64,000 bases of DNA, taken from IMG/VR virus record IMGVR_UViG_3300014204_013755; one strand, 5' to 3'. Positions 41,222 through 51,847 of this stretch are shown piece by piece (within the stretch, counting starts at the first letter, position 1; each line of letters begins with the position of its first letter). The DNA comes from an uncultured virus (IMG/VR IMGVR_UViG_3300014204_013755). Lineage: Duplodnaviria > Heunggongvirae > Uroviricota > Caudoviricetes. A program made the translations under genes and the position numbers. The notes under the pieces are model-generated. The model was not told the DNA's origin. It saw nothing but the letters and a program-made list of their open reading frames with translations, and ran no database searches.

Positions 41222-41701
41222 TTATTTTTTCTTTAATGTTTCTCTGACATCCATCAAAACTTTACCAAGTAGATTCTGACCTTTCCATTTTGATTCATCC
41301 AATATATCTGGGTCGTTTTCATCCATAGATATACCCCATATAGCATCTCGTGGATTAACTTCCACCAAAATCTTATTACCAGTAGCTAATAATTTTTCTT
41401 TTAAATCCTCGTTTTGTATATATTTAAGAAGATTGGACTGATACATGACATCATAACGAACTTTATTCCAATCTTCATCATTATAACCTTTTACTAATCT
41501 TCCTAATGCTTTAGCTTCATATGGAACAGGAGTTACTAATATCTTTTCGGCTATATCTTCATCTTCAAAAAATATAGCTTTATGATACATGAATAGTTGT
41601 TCAGTATTACTAAATTTATTTCCACCAGACATGATGGTACAATATTTAAAATTACTGAGCCATTCTTTTAAAAAGAATATGTGTGTTTCTGTTGTTTTCA
41701 T
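41222..41701 (-). CDS. NADAR (YbiA/DUF1768) family protein
   Basis: LSNF, EQLFMYHKA, AKALGR, LVEVNPRDAIWGI, GQNLLGKVLMDVR. Confidence 0.92.
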   Translation of the reverse strand: MKTTETHIFFLKEWLSNFKYCTIMSGGNKFSNTEQLFMYHKAIFFEDEDIAEKILVTPVPYEAKALGRLVKGYNDEDWNKVRYDVMYQSNLLKYIQNEDLKEKLLATGNKILVEVNPRDAIWGISMDENDPDILDESKWKGQNLLGKVLMDVRETLKKK

Positions 41702-42219
41702 ATATTTTTTTTTATTTTTTTTATAATTTATCTTTCACAAGAAAGTTCATTTATCTTATTAACAAATATTTCTCTAATGTATGAATATGGACAACTTTCA
41801 GCACCATTTTTTCCATCTCCAAATCCATTTGTAATTATCTTTTCTAATGCCCAATATTGTTCAGCCCATTTCATAAATTCCTCACCAACATTTTCAACTT
41901 TTTGTTTTGAAATTTCACCATCCGATAGTCTAACATCAGATATATCTGATTCGACTTTCTTGACTTCGGTTAAGTTATCTTCTTTTTTAACCATCTTATT
42001 CTACCGTTAAAATATTTTTATTTTTATAATAAATCCCAAAAATGTTTCTTCACAAAGTTCTTCTTATTATTTGAATTGTCAAAATGTTTTTCCATAAACA
42101 TCTCCATAGCTTTAGCTCCAGCTACAAAAGAAATATGTGAAACAGCTTCTAAATCCGTATGGGATTCATATATTTTTTCTTTATTTTCATCCCACCACAC
42201 ACTGAAAACATCATCCTTT

Positions 42220-42591
42220 TTAATCATCTTGTAATATACCTTTTATTTTTAATCTCCGTATTTCCTGTAATTCAGTGACTTCCTCTAAAACTGGTAAAAT
42301 TGTTATATGGGAATCGAATGTATTTATATTTATAGGATTCATATGCATATTCAACCGAACAGCTTCCATAGCATCTATTTCAGTGTCAAAATATGCTGAT
42401 TTAACATTATCTTCTGGGTTTTTTATTGATAAGTCATATTTTCTTATTAATACCATTTTACTAAAAGGTGTTGGAAAAGTATTTAATTTTATGTTAAATT
42501 CATTAGAATTATAACTATTCACATTAATATGAGAATTCGAATCAAATGAAGATTGTTCTATTTTATAAATAGCATATTTTTTAACAATCAT
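42220..42591 (-). CDS. hypothetical protein, C-terminal RxxK tag family
   Basis: ends IRRLKIKGILQDD. Confidence 0.5.
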   Translation of the reverse strand: MIVKKYAIYKIEQSSFDSNSHINVNSYNSNEFNIKLNTFPTPFSKMVLIRKYDLSIKNPEDNVKSAYFDTEIDAMEAVRLNMHMNPININTFDSHITILPVLEEVTELQEIRRLKIKGILQDD

Positions 42592-42601
42592 GAAAAGATA
42601 T

Positions 42602-43150
42602 TTAAATAATTTTATAATTTGTCTTTATTCTTTTATTCTCAATGTCAGTTAAAGTTTTATTTATTTTCTTTAAAGATTTGACATCAAAACGTTTTATAAA
42701 CAATGTTCCAAATATATGGTAATATTCATGTTGTATAATTCTGGCTATAATTCCCTCATAATCGACAATTTTATGTTCAAAGTTAGCATTTAAATAATCA
42801 ATACATATTTTATCAGGTCGAAACACATCATCCATCAAATTTGGGAAACTTAAACAACCTTCAGTTGCAGTGGTTTTACTATCACTTCTTTCTATTATAA
42901 TTGGATTTATAAATACTTCTTTGAACCCAAAAAACATATCTTCACCAAGTCCATCAGTAGTATCAACAATAAATAATTTTATAGGAACACCAACCTGATG
43001 AGCAGCCAGTCCTACACCCTTGGCTGCATTAAGGGTTTCAAACATATTTCTTATTAAGTCTTGTATATAATTTTTTTCATTTATTAAATCGATTGTTCTT
43101 GGTTGTTGTATAAGTATTGGTTCGCCATAGGTGTATATTGGTAGAATCAT
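42602..43150 (-). CDS. def: peptide deformylase
   Basis: GVGLAAHQVG, EGCLS, QHEYYH. Confidence 0.93.
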   Translation of the reverse strand: MILPIYTYGEPILIQQPRTIDLINEKNYIQDLIRNMFETLNAAKGVGLAAHQVGVPIKLFIVDTTDGLGEDMFFGFKEVFINPIIIERSDSKTTATEGCLSFPNLMDDVFRPDKICIDYLNANFEHKIVDYEGIIARIIQHEYYHIFGTLFIKRFDVKSLKKINKTLTDIENKRIKTNYKII

Positions 43151-44676
43151 TAAATAATTTTATTTTTGAAAGATGAATATTATTCATCTTTTTTTGGAAT
43201 TACAAGTTCCAGATATTTAGTGTTTAATAATTCTTCCAGTTGTCCACATATTGGAAGTTTACCAATTCTTGAATTATTTAGATTTGTACACCTAAATCCA
43301 ACATTTGGTATAAAATTCAACATAATAGAAGAATTCTGGTCTATTACTGCTCCCCTTTGCAACATATAAGCGAGCTGTTCGTCACCAAACTGATATACAA
43401 GTGTATGAATTTTGGAATGATATTCAGTAAGCTTTTTATGTTCTAATATCAAATTTAAACAGGTCTTTAACATTTTTGTTTAATTTTTTTGTTTATATAT
43501 TATATATTTCGGGTTTAGTTTATACTTTGTAATTTTTTTTATTAGATTTAATGATTATTTTTGTCAATTAAATTATATTTTTTTATGAAAGAAAAAATAT
43601 TTAATAATTGTAATGTCAGAATACATGATGGATTATTTCAAGTTGATATTCCAGAAGATTTATTTTGTGATAATTGTGGTAAAAAATTTCATCCTATTGA
43701 TTATAATATCATGTTTGATATTACTAATAGTATGAATTCTTTTGATAATAATAAAAAAACAAGAGAAGAATTAAAGCGAGAAGAACGCAAAGCTAAACTT
43801 GATGAAATTTTTTAAAACGAATTATGAAGAAATTACATATAGACTTAAATGAGTATGATTCTTTAGAAGAATTACAGCAAGCGTTTTGGGATATGCCAAC
43901 CGAAATGAAAGTAACTGGTATACAGCTTGCATCTTCTAAAAAAGATGCAGAAGCGAAATTGAATTATCAAAAGGAACATTTTCCAACCAACGGTGCAAGA
44001 ATATTTTGGTGGTCTAAGGAAACTCTTAATGATGTTATCACTTTTGTGATGCACGAATGTATTTTTGATTAATAAAAACCAAATATATGATAGTAGGACA
44101 AATTTATAACTTTAAAAGCTTTTCCTTTCATAATAAGTTCGGTGGGACTGGGATGAGCAACTGGGAACATGATGAAAAATACGAAAAACCAGTACAATTC
44201 CAAATTATAAAAGTTTGGGAAGATTATGAAATTGGTGAAAGAGCTTGGGGTATACCTGTTGATGAAGAAGTGACAGAATATCTTAATAGAGTATCTAATA
44301 AAGGTGTCGATGTTTCTATGGGAGAAGGTGAACCTGAAATATTATTTCAAAACACATATGTTGTTTTCATCGGGCAATTTGATTTAATCGAAGAATAATA
44401 TGAACTTGCCTATTATAATATTAATGATTTATTGGATTCCTATCTATATTTGTTTATTAATATGGTCAATAAAGATTCGGATATATGTCAAGAAAAATAA
44501 AATTGAATCGCTTGATACAACCCATCCTGTAACATATAAAATAGGTAAATTAACAGATTTTCAGAAACTCGGTGAAGTATTAGTATATGCAGTTACTGTT
44601 TTCTGTGGAATATTTACATTTTTTGTTTTTCCAATATTTAATATGATTAAACATAACACATTACCTGACGAATAAT

Positions 44677-45252
44677 ATGAAACCACTCGATTACATTAAA
44701 AAATATAACCTTGATAAAGGTGTAAACTTCAGTCATAATGAATTCATTTCAGACTTGACAATGGATTTTATTACACTTTTAGAAGTGGGTAATGCACGAG
44801 GTAATATTAAAGGTTATAATAACGCTGTCAATGCTATTCGAATGAAATGGGATGGCATAGATAAAAAAACGGCTGGTCAATTACCTGAAAAACTCTGGAA
44901 ATATTTTTTCGCTTCTGTGATAGCTAAATTACGGGAAGAATTGTTTCCTGAAGTAATGGAGCGACAACGACAGGAAAAAGAAGATTGGAAAAAAAGAAAA
45001 GAAGATTGGGAACGCATGGAAAAAGAAGAAGATTCTTGGATATTTGGATTCTTTTTACATTCATTGTTTTCAAAACAAAAACCATCATCCAGTTTTCAAG
45101 TTCTTGGGTTAGAAACTGATGCTACATTAGAAGATGTTAAAGGGGCATACCGCAAATTATCAATGGTTCACCACCCAGACAAAGGTGGTAACAGAGATAA
45201 ATTCATTGAGCTAACCGAGGCTAAAAACAAATGTATGGCATATCTCTCATAA
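44677..45252 (+). CDS. protein with C-terminal DnaJ (J) domain
   Basis: FQVLGL...AYRKLSMVHHPDKGG...F.EL.EA. Confidence 0.85.
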   Translation: MKPLDYIKKYNLDKGVNFSHNEFISDLTMDFITLLEVGNARGNIKGYNNAVNAIRMKWDGIDKKTAGQLPEKLWKYFFASVIAKLREELFPEVMERQRQEKEDWKKRKEDWERMEKEEDSWIFGFFLHSLFSKQKPSSSFQVLGLETDATLEDVKGAYRKLSMVHHPDKGGNRDKFIELTEAKNKCMAYLS

Positions 45253-45255
45253 AGA

Positions 45256-45591
45256 ATGGAAGAAGATACTTTAGATATAATACAAAAGATTCAGGAAGCC
45301 AGAAGTCCAAAATACTTCCTTTGGAATATCATTAAGGATACAGAATGGTATGTTTCTGAAAATGATTCTGATTATTTAATTGGTAAGAAAAATAATATTG
45401 TTTATTTTAATTATGATTTAAAAAAATACATTTTATATTATTCTTTCTCTAAAATACATCAAATTTTAGAAGAAAAATATCATCTTAATGATTTGAATAT
45501 TAATAAATTAGTTAGTAGTATGGTGAGTGAACACGCTAAATTGAAGGTAGACACATCGGTAGGGATGCTGATCGACTTATCCTTTTGGTGA
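45256..45591 (+). CDS. hypothetical protein whose 3' end overlaps repeat 1 and spacer 1 of array 2
   Basis: 111 aa; paralog of 20362..20772; stop TGA lies inside repeat 2. Confidence 0.7.
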   Translation: MEEDTLDIIQKIQEARSPKYFLWNIIKDTEWYVSENDSDYLIGKKNNIVYFNYDLKKYILYYSFSKIHQILEEKYHLNDLNINKLVSSMVSEHAKLKVDTSVGMLIDLSFW

Positions 45592-45795
45592 GTGAACACG
45601 CTAAATTGAAGGTAGACACATCGAGACCTTTATTCGTATAAAACTTTAGACTGGTGAGTGAACACGCTAAATTGAAGGTAGACACATCATGGGTATACAT
45701 TGCATTTTGATAGCAAAGGGTGAGTGAACACGCTAAATTGAAGGTAGGCATATCGAATATTCATGCTGCCGTTGACAGTCTTAGGTGAGTGAACA
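45522..45795 (+). CRISPR. CRISPR-like array 2 with no adjacent cas gene: 4 repeats of 36 bp plus a truncated fifth, 4 spacers (29, 30, 30, 29 bp)
   Basis: GGTGAGTGAACACGCTAAATTGAAGGTAGACACATC at 45522, 45587, 45653 and 45719 (2 mismatches); 12-bp remnant at 45784. Confidence 0.88.
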
Positions 45796-45837
45796 TATAA
45801 AAATGAGGATTATTGTAGATTAAAAACATCTAAAAAA

Positions 45838-46179
45838 ATGAAATATAATAACGAAAAAATGTTGAGTTTGTGTTTTGCACAAATAAAAACATATTTATCA
45901 GATGAAGATTTTGAATGGGTTAAAACTTTATCTGAAGATGATGTGATTGGATTACATCGCACCCTTGGTCAGAGATTGCGTAACGATTTAAAATTGTGGT
46001 ATAAAAGTGAAGTAGCCAAATGGTTTAATTCATTAGGTATAGCACATGCAGACGATATGTCTGGTATTATATTAAAATCTTTTCACCGTAAATTTAATGA
46101 TAAACCTATTAATTTAGAAGAACAAGTTCAATATTATAAAGATTGGTGGGCTAAACCAGAAGGTGAACGTTATGGATAA
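45838..46179 (+). CDS. conserved hypothetical protein (DUF6794-like)
   Basis: H..LG..LRN..KLW...GI.HADDMS.IIL pattern. Confidence 0.5.
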   Translation: MKYNNEKMLSLCFAQIKTYLSDEDFEWVKTLSEDDVIGLHRTLGQRLRNDLKLWYKSEVAKWFNSLGIAHADDMSGIILKSFHRKFNDKPINLEEQVQYYKDWWAKPEGERYG

Positions 46180-46791
46180 GAAACTCGAAAGATTCGTGAA
46201 GCTTCACGAAATAAACAAATCAGACGAACGTATAGAATTCGAAAGAACTCATACGCTCCATATGGGCATATTGGATGATGAAGGCGTAGAAGGTATAACA
46301 GAAATTGATAAAAATAACCCAGACCAAATAGAGAAAAGATATAAATCTATGGAACTTCGTTGTCGGATGAACGGTCAACGAAAAGGTAATGTATGTGGAT
46401 TCTGGGTTGATAATAATTTATTACCACACATAAAAGATAAAATAAATTCTGAAACTTCACAAAACTATTTGAAAAAAATAGCATATAAGATATAAATTAA
46501 AACATTTTATATCTATGGATAATATTTCAGGAAACGCAAATTACACAGAGATGACAGATGAGTTTCAGAAAAGAAAAAATAAAGAAACTCCAAAAGAAAA
46601 AACAAGTTCAATCCAAAATTATAACAAAAAAGAGTTCACAAAAGTTTTAAAAGAATTAACAACAAATTTTTATAAGGTATTAGAAAATAGTGAGAAACTT
46701 TATGAAATGAGAAGTTTAAAAGAATTAAACGATTTCAAAGTAACTGTCAAATCAGTCGAAAGAGATTTAAATAAAGTTCACGATATAAACG

Positions 46792-46821
46792 AAAAAAGTG
46801 GGGAATAACCCCACTTTTTTT
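46792..46821. terminator. bidirectional terminator
   Basis: AAAAAAGTGGGG-AATAA-CCCCACTTTTTT between convergent genes. Confidence 0.85.
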
Positions 46822-46843
46822 ATTATACAATATCACTTATTAA

Positions 46844-47215
46844 TTATCGAAGAAGTGCTTGTAATTCTTCCTCAGACATATCTCTAAGTTTACCTTCTCT
46901 TTTTTCTGCAATTAAAGTAAGAATCTTTTGATTATGTGCTTTATCTTCAGCAGCATTTCTAAGTTCTTCGGCCTCTTTCTTCTTCGTAAGATATACATCT
47001 TTCAGAATATCGAAACGAAGCTGATTTTCAACATCAACAACCTTGGTATCTTCAAGGAACGACAATTCATCATCATCGCTCTTTTTTAACACTTTTTTGA
47101 TTGCTTTAATCGCATTTGACAACTGTGTTTGAGTTAATCCCCAAAGTTGTTCAACAGATAATGAACCTACATTGGTAGGAATTCTTAACTGTAATTGACT
47201 TGCTTGTTTATACAT
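46844..47215 (-). CDS. conserved phage hypothetical protein, partner of the 718-aa gene
   Basis: LRIPTNVGSLSVEQLW, coiled-coil C-terminus. Confidence 0.6.
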   Translation of the reverse strand: MYKQASQLQLRIPTNVGSLSVEQLWGLTQTQLSNAIKAIKKVLKKSDDDELSFLEDTKVVDVENQLRFDILKDVYLTKKKEAEELRNAAEDKAHNQKILTLIAEKREGKLRDMSEEELQALLR

Positions 47216-47242
47216 AATTGAAATTTTTAATTTGTTATTATT

Positions 47243-49399
47243 TTAAAATTTTATTTTAATTACTCGTTTGAATGACCCTTGTAATTTAACAATAAGTTCA
47301 TCTCGAACAGTAGCATTGAACCCAAAACCAGATAATTGTTTATTAGCAGGTTCAATCATAGTAGTGTTACCCAGTACTTCGAGAACTTTGCGATGTTGTG
47401 CTAATTCTGGTATCAAGTTTTCATTATGAAAACTACGAATATTTACTGGACATTTACAATCATCAAGCATGAATAAATAATGTTTATTTCCTACATTATT
47501 ATCTCCCCAATGATTAGGACTTAGACACACTAAATTCACTTTATGAAATTCATTTGTTTGTAAACCATAAAGTTCTTTAGATGATGCAATTTCAGGTAGT
47601 AAATGCTTAATGGTAAATTCCCCATTATTAAAAGTAACTTCAGCTACTTGTACATTGCCTGATACGGGTTTATTATATTCATAAGAATAAATTTCGCCCC
47701 CGAATTCAATTTCAGCTTTGAATCCTTTAGAACCCCTACTGGCATATTGGTTAATCCACAATTTGTAAACACCATCTTTCATTCTTTTGATATCAGTCCA
47801 AGCGATATTCTCAACAATATTTTTATTACTAAAATTATTAGGTTGAGTTATATCAATATCCAACTGTCCAGACATAGAAGTTCTATGATTTCCTCTGTCT
47901 TTTCTGTAATCAGACGAATAATAAATATGAGTACCATTTGGTTCTTGTGCATGAGCATCTAAATCGGAATTATCTGTTGGGTCATTTTCTGCCCACATAA
48001 TAGAGAAACGCAATACACCATCAACCTTACCACCTTTAGCTTCAACAGCATCTTTAATCATCGATTTACCAGCCAAGTTACCATTGAATGTCCAACTGTA
48101 ATTGTTATTCCATTTGAATATAGGTTTGCTTTCTTTATTGTTAGCTGTTGTTAAAGAAACAAGATTACCTTCATATTTGTTAGACAAATACGCTTCAACT
48201 GAAGTACACGAAGGAAGAACCTCCGACATAAACTTTTCAATAGTTACTTCTTCCACATTATCAAATTCACTTCCTTTGTGACGAGTAGAAGTCGATTTAA
48301 CATTGTCGAATATAGAAACAGTTTTTAATTTACCGTCTCCAACATTGATGTGTTTAATTTCCGAAGCTTTAATATCATCAATTGTGGCAAATCTTCTATT
48401 AAAAGATTCTTCATAACCATTTTCTTCAACGAATTTTTTAGCTTCTTCAATTTGTTTCTTGGTAATCGGAGCAACAGTTTTCATATAATTAACTGGGTCA
48501 ACTCTTTTATTCCAAGACTGACATGCTTTGTTTAATTCTTCCCCCTCTGCCAACTCGGTGCATAAAGTACCAATTAATTCATTTTTGAACTTAGCAAATG
48601 GAAGTTTATAACTGTTAATCCAACACCAATTATCCTTTTTATCATCGGATAATTTATCATATTGTTCTTTTAATGGTATGATTTGGTGTAATTTATACAA
48701 ATGAGTTTGTCCATCCAGCAGTGAACCTTGGTTAATAAGGTCTTTCACCAGATTGAGTGTATCAAGCGGTATCACTTGCATAGCCTTTTGAAAAACATTT
48801 TTGGCATCTCGATAATTAGCCATTATTTTTTCAACTGAATCATCACCCATATCTACAAATACCCTTGGTAGATTAAGATGTAAATGATTAAATGTTCTAA
48901 TTTCTTCAGGTTTAACTATGAAAGAATTATCTGAATTTTTATACAATTCAGCTTCCTCTTTTGTGTATTGCTTTACGTTTTTGTCAATACCCAATCTGAA
49001 AATTTCATTTGTTTTAGAACATTTCTCATAAGGTAAAGAATTTAGCTCGCTGAAAGTTTCAAAGAAAACACCCGAAACCGTAGCCGATTTTAGTTTAGAA
49101 TCTACCACTTTAGCTACTGCACTGTATTCTTCATCTGCATCAACATCAAACATCGTAACAACATTGAGATTTTCATCAATGGTAACGATATTACCATATC
49201 TACGAATAAAGTTATTACAGTGATTACAGTTATGAGAAGAACTGTCTGGACTTCTGAATATGGGATTGTGTTCTTTTGGAAAACTTTTAATATACAAATC
49301 CCACACTTCTTGACCAGTCAACGAACTACGAAATAACTTACCCGTTTCACACATCTTGTTGAATTGGGCTTGAATTAGTTTGTTAAACTCAATCATCAC
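47243..49399 (-). CDS. conserved phage hypothetical protein (718 aa)
   Basis: CNHC, VDPVNY, LRFSIMW..SDLDAH, LDIDI, SPNHW..GNKHY motifs; TACATTTG upstream. Confidence 0.65.
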   Translation of the reverse strand: MMIEFNKLIQAQFNKMCETGKLFRSSLTGQEVWDLYIKSFPKEHNPIFRSPDSSSHNCNHCNNFIRRYGNIVTIDENLNVVTMFDVDADEEYSAVAKVVDSKLKSATVSGVFFETFSELNSLPYEKCSKTNEIFRLGIDKNVKQYTKEEAELYKNSDNSFIVKPEEIRTFNHLHLNLPRVFVDMGDDSVEKIMANYRDAKNVFQKAMQVIPLDTLNLVKDLINQGSLLDGQTHLYKLHQIIPLKEQYDKLSDDKKDNWCWINSYKLPFAKFKNELIGTLCTELAEGEELNKACQSWNKRVDPVNYMKTVAPITKKQIEEAKKFVEENGYEESFNRRFATIDDIKASEIKHINVGDGKLKTVSIFDNVKSTSTRHKGSEFDNVEEVTIEKFMSEVLPSCTSVEAYLSNKYEGNLVSLTTANNKESKPIFKWNNNYSWTFNGNLAGKSMIKDAVEAKGGKVDGVLRFSIMWAENDPTDNSDLDAHAQEPNGTHIYYSSDYRKDRGNHRTSMSGQLDIDITQPNNFSNKNIVENIAWTDIKRMKDGVYKLWINQYASRGSKGFKAEIEFGGEIYSYEYNKPVSGNVQVAEVTFNNGEFTIKHLLPEIASSKELYGLQTNEFHKVNLVCLSPNHWGDNNVGNKHYLFMLDDCKCPVNIRSFHNENLIPELAQHRKVLEVLGNTTMIEPANKQLSGFGFNATVRDELIVKLQGSFKRVIKIKF

Positions 49400-49547
49400 T
49401 TTTTATTTATTAAATTATTACTGTCCAGTACTACTACAATTTCATAACTGGAATTATTAATATACAAATGTATAATAAAAAATAATATACACATGATAAG
49501 TATCTTTATTATTTTTAATATATACCTAAAAAATATTAATAAAAATA

Positions 49548-50039
49548 ATGTTGAAATATATTGATTTTATAAATGAAGATGTTTCCCATGCTGATTATCT
49601 GAAGTGGAAAAGAAAAAATGTAACCATAAGAGGAATAAGAGAAGTTGGAAAAGAAGAAAATGGTGGTTCAGCTATTTTGGGTAGAGGTTTATACACAGCT
49701 TCACTGGCAAATAAAGCTCTTGCAAAACAATATGGTGCTGTACAATTTGTTGTTAATGCAACTCCTAAAAAACCTAAAATGTTCAATACCTTAAATGACT
49801 GGGAAATTTGGTTTTATAATACATTAGTTTTTAAATTTTCCAAAGAACAAGGAAAAGATTTCCCTGATAAAAGAGATTTTGAGGCTAAAACATCCATTGA
49901 GGCTGAAATGATGAAACTCGGATATGATGGCGTAATCATCAAAGGTCGTGAAATGGTGAATTATACACCAAAAGATATATTATATTTTCAATATGAAGAC
50001 CAGTTACAAAACTACTTTTATTTTTTAAATGAAAAATAA
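49548..50039 (+). CDS. putative ADP-ribosyltransferase-fold virion protein
   Basis: MLKYIDFINED; LGRGLYTA...AKQYG; GYDGVII...E; TAATATATA at 49516. Confidence 0.45.
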   Translation: MLKYIDFINEDVSHADYLKWKRKNVTIRGIREVGKEENGGSAILGRGLYTASLANKALAKQYGAVQFVVNATPKKPKMFNTLNDWEIWFYNTLVFKFSKEQGKDFPDKRDFEAKTSIEAEMMKLGYDGVIIKGREMVNYTPKDILYFQYEDQLQNYFYFLNEK

Positions 50040-50463
50040 AACATACATAAAAACCACTCTAAATGAATGGTTAAATGATACAAACGAATTAATATATCAA
50101 CCTGATTATTATATTGATGATTTTTATGCTATGGATGGTATGGATTTCTATGATGAAGAACAAGCATTGCAAAAAATTCAAAAAGTTATTGATTATGTAA
50201 AAAATATTAAATACCCGTTAAAAGTTTACAGGGGTATTGATACAATAAACCCAGATGATAATTATGAAGGTACATCATGGACAACTGATATTAGAGTAGC
50301 TGAAGGTTTCGGTAATAATATATGTGAGGGATTAATACCAAATGAAAATGTGATAGATATTGAACAAACTATTAGAACAAGAGTTATGAATCCATATGAA
50401 TATGAGATATATGTTCCTAACTTCGATGATGTAGAAATATTAAATACTTATGATAAAAAATAA
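50029..50463 (+). CDS. putative R-S-ExE ADP-ribosyltransferase-fold protein
   Basis: VYRGI ... SWTT...VAEGF ... EYEI. Confidence 0.55.
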   Translation: MKNKTYIKTTLNEWLNDTNELIYQPDYYIDDFYAMDGMDFYDEEQALQKIQKVIDYVKNIKYPLKVYRGIDTINPDDNYEGTSWTTDIRVAEGFGNNICEGLIPNENVIDIEQTIRTRVMNPYEYEIYVPNFDDVEILNTYDKK

Positions 50464-50505
50464 TAATTTTATTTTTAATATATACAAAAAAATATTATCG
50501 ACAAT

Positions 50506-51096
50506 ATGAAACATATAAAACCATTTATATTAATAACTGAAGCAACTACATTCGAATCTGAGTATGCTCAGAAATATAAACCAGAAGGTTATAATTTAAT
50601 AGCGACTAATGAATCTAATTGGCATTGGGAATATGATAATGTTTATAAATATGCATTTCTTTATATGAATAATACTGGTAATTTACTTTTAAAAGTTATT
50701 GATGTTCATGTTAAAACTGGAATAGGAGCAGGTACAAGAGATACACTTCTTTTCGAAGATAATGTTGGAACTATTAATAAACCAGATACCAAAAACATCC
50801 AAGAAACTCTAAAAAAATTCAGTAGTGGTAGAGGAAGGATGAGTCAACCATTTAGTAGAAATGACTGGAAACCGACTTTTTCAGATGAAAAAATAACACT
50901 TGGAACTTTATTAAAAGACCCAAGAACATCGAGAGGTTTTAAAGCTGCTTCAGTTTTAGAAGATGAACCATCGATAGAAACACAAACCCCCACAAATGAT
51001 AAAACTAAAAAACGTGAGAAATTAGCAATACTTCATAAAAATTTATATAAATTATCCGATGCTGAATTAGATGATTTATTAACTAAATTAAAATAA
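50506..51096 (+). CDS. putative virion internal protein
   Basis: MKHIKPFILITEA; TAATATATA at 50476. Confidence 0.5.
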   Translation: MKHIKPFILITEATTFESEYAQKYKPEGYNLIATNESNWHWEYDNVYKYAFLYMNNTGNLLLKVIDVHVKTGIGAGTRDTLLFEDNVGTINKPDTKNIQETLKKFSSGRGRMSQPFSRNDWKPTFSDEKITLGTLLKDPRTSRGFKAASVLEDEPSIETQTPTNDKTKKREKLAILHKNLYKLSDAELDDLLTKLK

Positions 51097-51104
51097 TTTA
51101 TATC

Positions 51105-51788
51105 ATGAAACATATACAAACATTTACAGACCACATATTACTTACAGAAAGTATAATGGATATTTATAAAAATAAAGATGAAATACCTGTTGTAAATGAT
51201 GTAGAAGAAGCCAAAAAATTAATAGATGAAGGGACTTACGATTTTAGGTTTATGGATTATCTTATTGCTATTAATATGGAAAAACTTACTATGGGTATTC
51301 TAAAATTGACACCAAAAGGTAAATACTCAGGTTATAAAATTAAACAAAATTATAGGTATTCTAAACCAGAAAGAATGTTACAAGTTCTAACTGATTTCAT
51401 AACAAATGAACACTCTTGGATTAAAAGAAAAGAAGATGAAAAATCTCTTAAACAACAGAAACGTAAAGATATGGTAAATCCATATAAAGTTGGTGATTTA
51501 CTTTACAGTAGTTGGGGTTACGACCAAACTAACGTTGATTTTTATCAAGTAACTAAAGTTGGTGACAAATCTGTTTGGGTTAAACCGATTGCAGGTGAAT
51601 CTGTTCCTAACACGAGTGGTCATGATAGTGTTAATGTAAGACCATTAAAAGATAAATTCGCAGGTGAAGAAATATATAAACCTTTGGTTGTTACAACTTA
51701 TTCTGAAAAACCACATATTGGTGGTCGATATCCACTTTATCCATATACAAGTGGTGATGCTGGTGTTTATTCATCTTGGGGTCATTAA
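51105..51788 (+). CDS. putative virion internal protein with conserved phage domain
   Basis: MKHIQTF..ILLTES; VGDLLYSSWGYDQTNVDFYQV. Confidence 0.55.
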   Translation: MKHIQTFTDHILLTESIMDIYKNKDEIPVVNDVEEAKKLIDEGTYDFRFMDYLIAINMEKLTMGILKLTPKGKYSGYKIKQNYRYSKPERMLQVLTDFITNEHSWIKRKEDEKSLKQQKRKDMVNPYKVGDLLYSSWGYDQTNVDFYQVTKVGDKSVWVKPIAGESVPNTSGHDSVNVRPLKDKFAGEEIYKPLVVTTYSEKPHIGGRYPLYPYTSGDAGVYSSWGH

Positions 51789-51805
51789 AAAATTATAATT
51801 GCATT

Positions 51806-51847
51806 AAAAATGCACGATTGCAAAAACAACGCAATCGTGCATTTTTT
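51806..51847 (+). terminator. Rho-independent terminator
   Basis: AAAAATGCACGATTGC...GCAATCGTGCATTTTTT. Confidence 0.8.

Noticed and set aside
45536..45751. 71-aa minus-strand ORF with STFNLACSLT repeats
   Set aside because: It is the antisense translation of array 2, opposite to the local gene direction.
45522..45795. Diversity-generating retroelement or TIGR array
   Set aside because: No reverse transcriptase in the window, no adenine-specific TR/VR variation, no dual-repeat box C/D units and no Nop-domain protein recognised.
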